This document shows, piece after piece, positions 62,997 through 64,000 of a DNA stretch of 64,000 nt. Numbering within the stretch: position 1 is the stretch's first letter; the number at the start of each line of letters is the position of its first letter. The DNA is taken from the NCBI RefSeq assembly GCF_964194025.1, contig NC_134470.1:32488001-32552000 (forward strand), given 5' to 3'. The translations under genes were made by a program, and so were the position numbers. The notes under the pieces are model-generated. The model was not told where the DNA came from, did not search any database, and worked only from the letters and a program-made list of their open reading frames with translations. The DNA comes from Convolutriloba macropyga (Eukaryota).

Positions 62997-64000
62997 TCGA
63001 GATTAACGTGGATTGAAGGAAATGATGTATTGGAAACATCGGTACAATTTCTGATATAAATTATTTTAGATCACTAAATCACTCAATGTCATTATGATCC
63101 CGGGCCCCTGCCACATAACGTGAACCATTTCATGCATTTTGCATATTTGATTCCACAAAACAGATCTTATTACATATACATATGTAAAAATAGCCTCACA
63201 GTGCGGCTTAAAGGCATGATTATGCTAATTGTTAATTATACAATGTCTTTGTTCTATGTCGCCAAATTCCTCAAATTATAGATTATAATAGAGCAATATT
63301 GACTAAAGGTGCGGGGCGCCGGTTCGTAATGGTGGCAAAATTTCAAGGCATCATTAATTGAGGGGAGCAAGGGCTTCTCCAAGGACATACCTGTACGATC
63401 GAAAAATATTTCCAGCCCAACTGAAATCCCAACCATTTCATCTGCTAAATCACTCAACCATTTTTATTATGTTCACCTCTTCTGTTTTTATGAATGCTGT
63501 CACAAAATTTTTCAGAAGATTTACGACATATAACTGCCTGCGCAGTTTTCTCAAATTTCTCATCATTATCTTAGATATTGTAAATATAGTTTGCGTATGA
63601 AATTAAATGAAGATTTTAGAGCAGAGCGTCTTTCAACCAGCTTGCTGTTAGATCGGTAACCTTGAATTCCTTTTAAAGGAGTCGGTTTCGGGTCAAATTA
63701 TATACCCGGAATCAATACCATAAAATTATTTTAGCAACCATGCAAAATCATATATGATTACTAGTAGTCATATTAAATTTAGGACATTTCAACAAGCATA
63801 CTAATATCATATATGAAATCTTATTGTTCCATGATTTTTTTCAAATATGAGGGAAAATATATGCCAGGCTGGCTCTTTTATTGCTGGTCAAATTTTCACT
63901 TTTTCTTTACGCATGGTACCCAGGTTGAAGTACCAGACCGAAATTCGATATGTCCAGATCGAAATGAACCCAACAGGGGGGTTCGTGCGTTCAAAATTAC

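Overview
AT-rich animal (probably invertebrate) genomic DNA; no prokaryotic features. The backbone is the 3' part of a spliced + strand gene for a single-pass receptor (fibronectin type III repeats, one TM helix, short tyrosine-motif tail). Six exons were reconstructed between 9333 and 62996, with two introns >20 kb filled by transposons. Mobile elements: a decayed LTR element (1747-8274, TSD ACATC); an internally deleted Ty3/Gypsy element (11980-15470, TSD GAAGG); a near-intact BEL/Pao element (40623-48148, TSD AATGG); and a ~22.5 kb block (16038-38495) bounded by 15-bp CCC-type TIRs, TA flanks and CACTA-style subterminal repeats. Inside that block, between two arrays of a ~171/188-bp satellite, lies a compact minus-strand four-gene cassette: a small coiled-coil ORF, two spliced paralogous BEN-like genes, and a ~1020-aa reading frame in which a Suv4-20/KMT5B-like SET domain sits in frame with an EnSpm/CACTA (CMC) DDE transposase, now broken by stops and frameshifts. 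Each cassette gene has a splice acceptor 4-10 nt before its ATG. This chromatin-enzyme-carrying CMC transposon is the main candidate for an undescribed system. All domain calls are by-eye motif recognition; no database searches were run.
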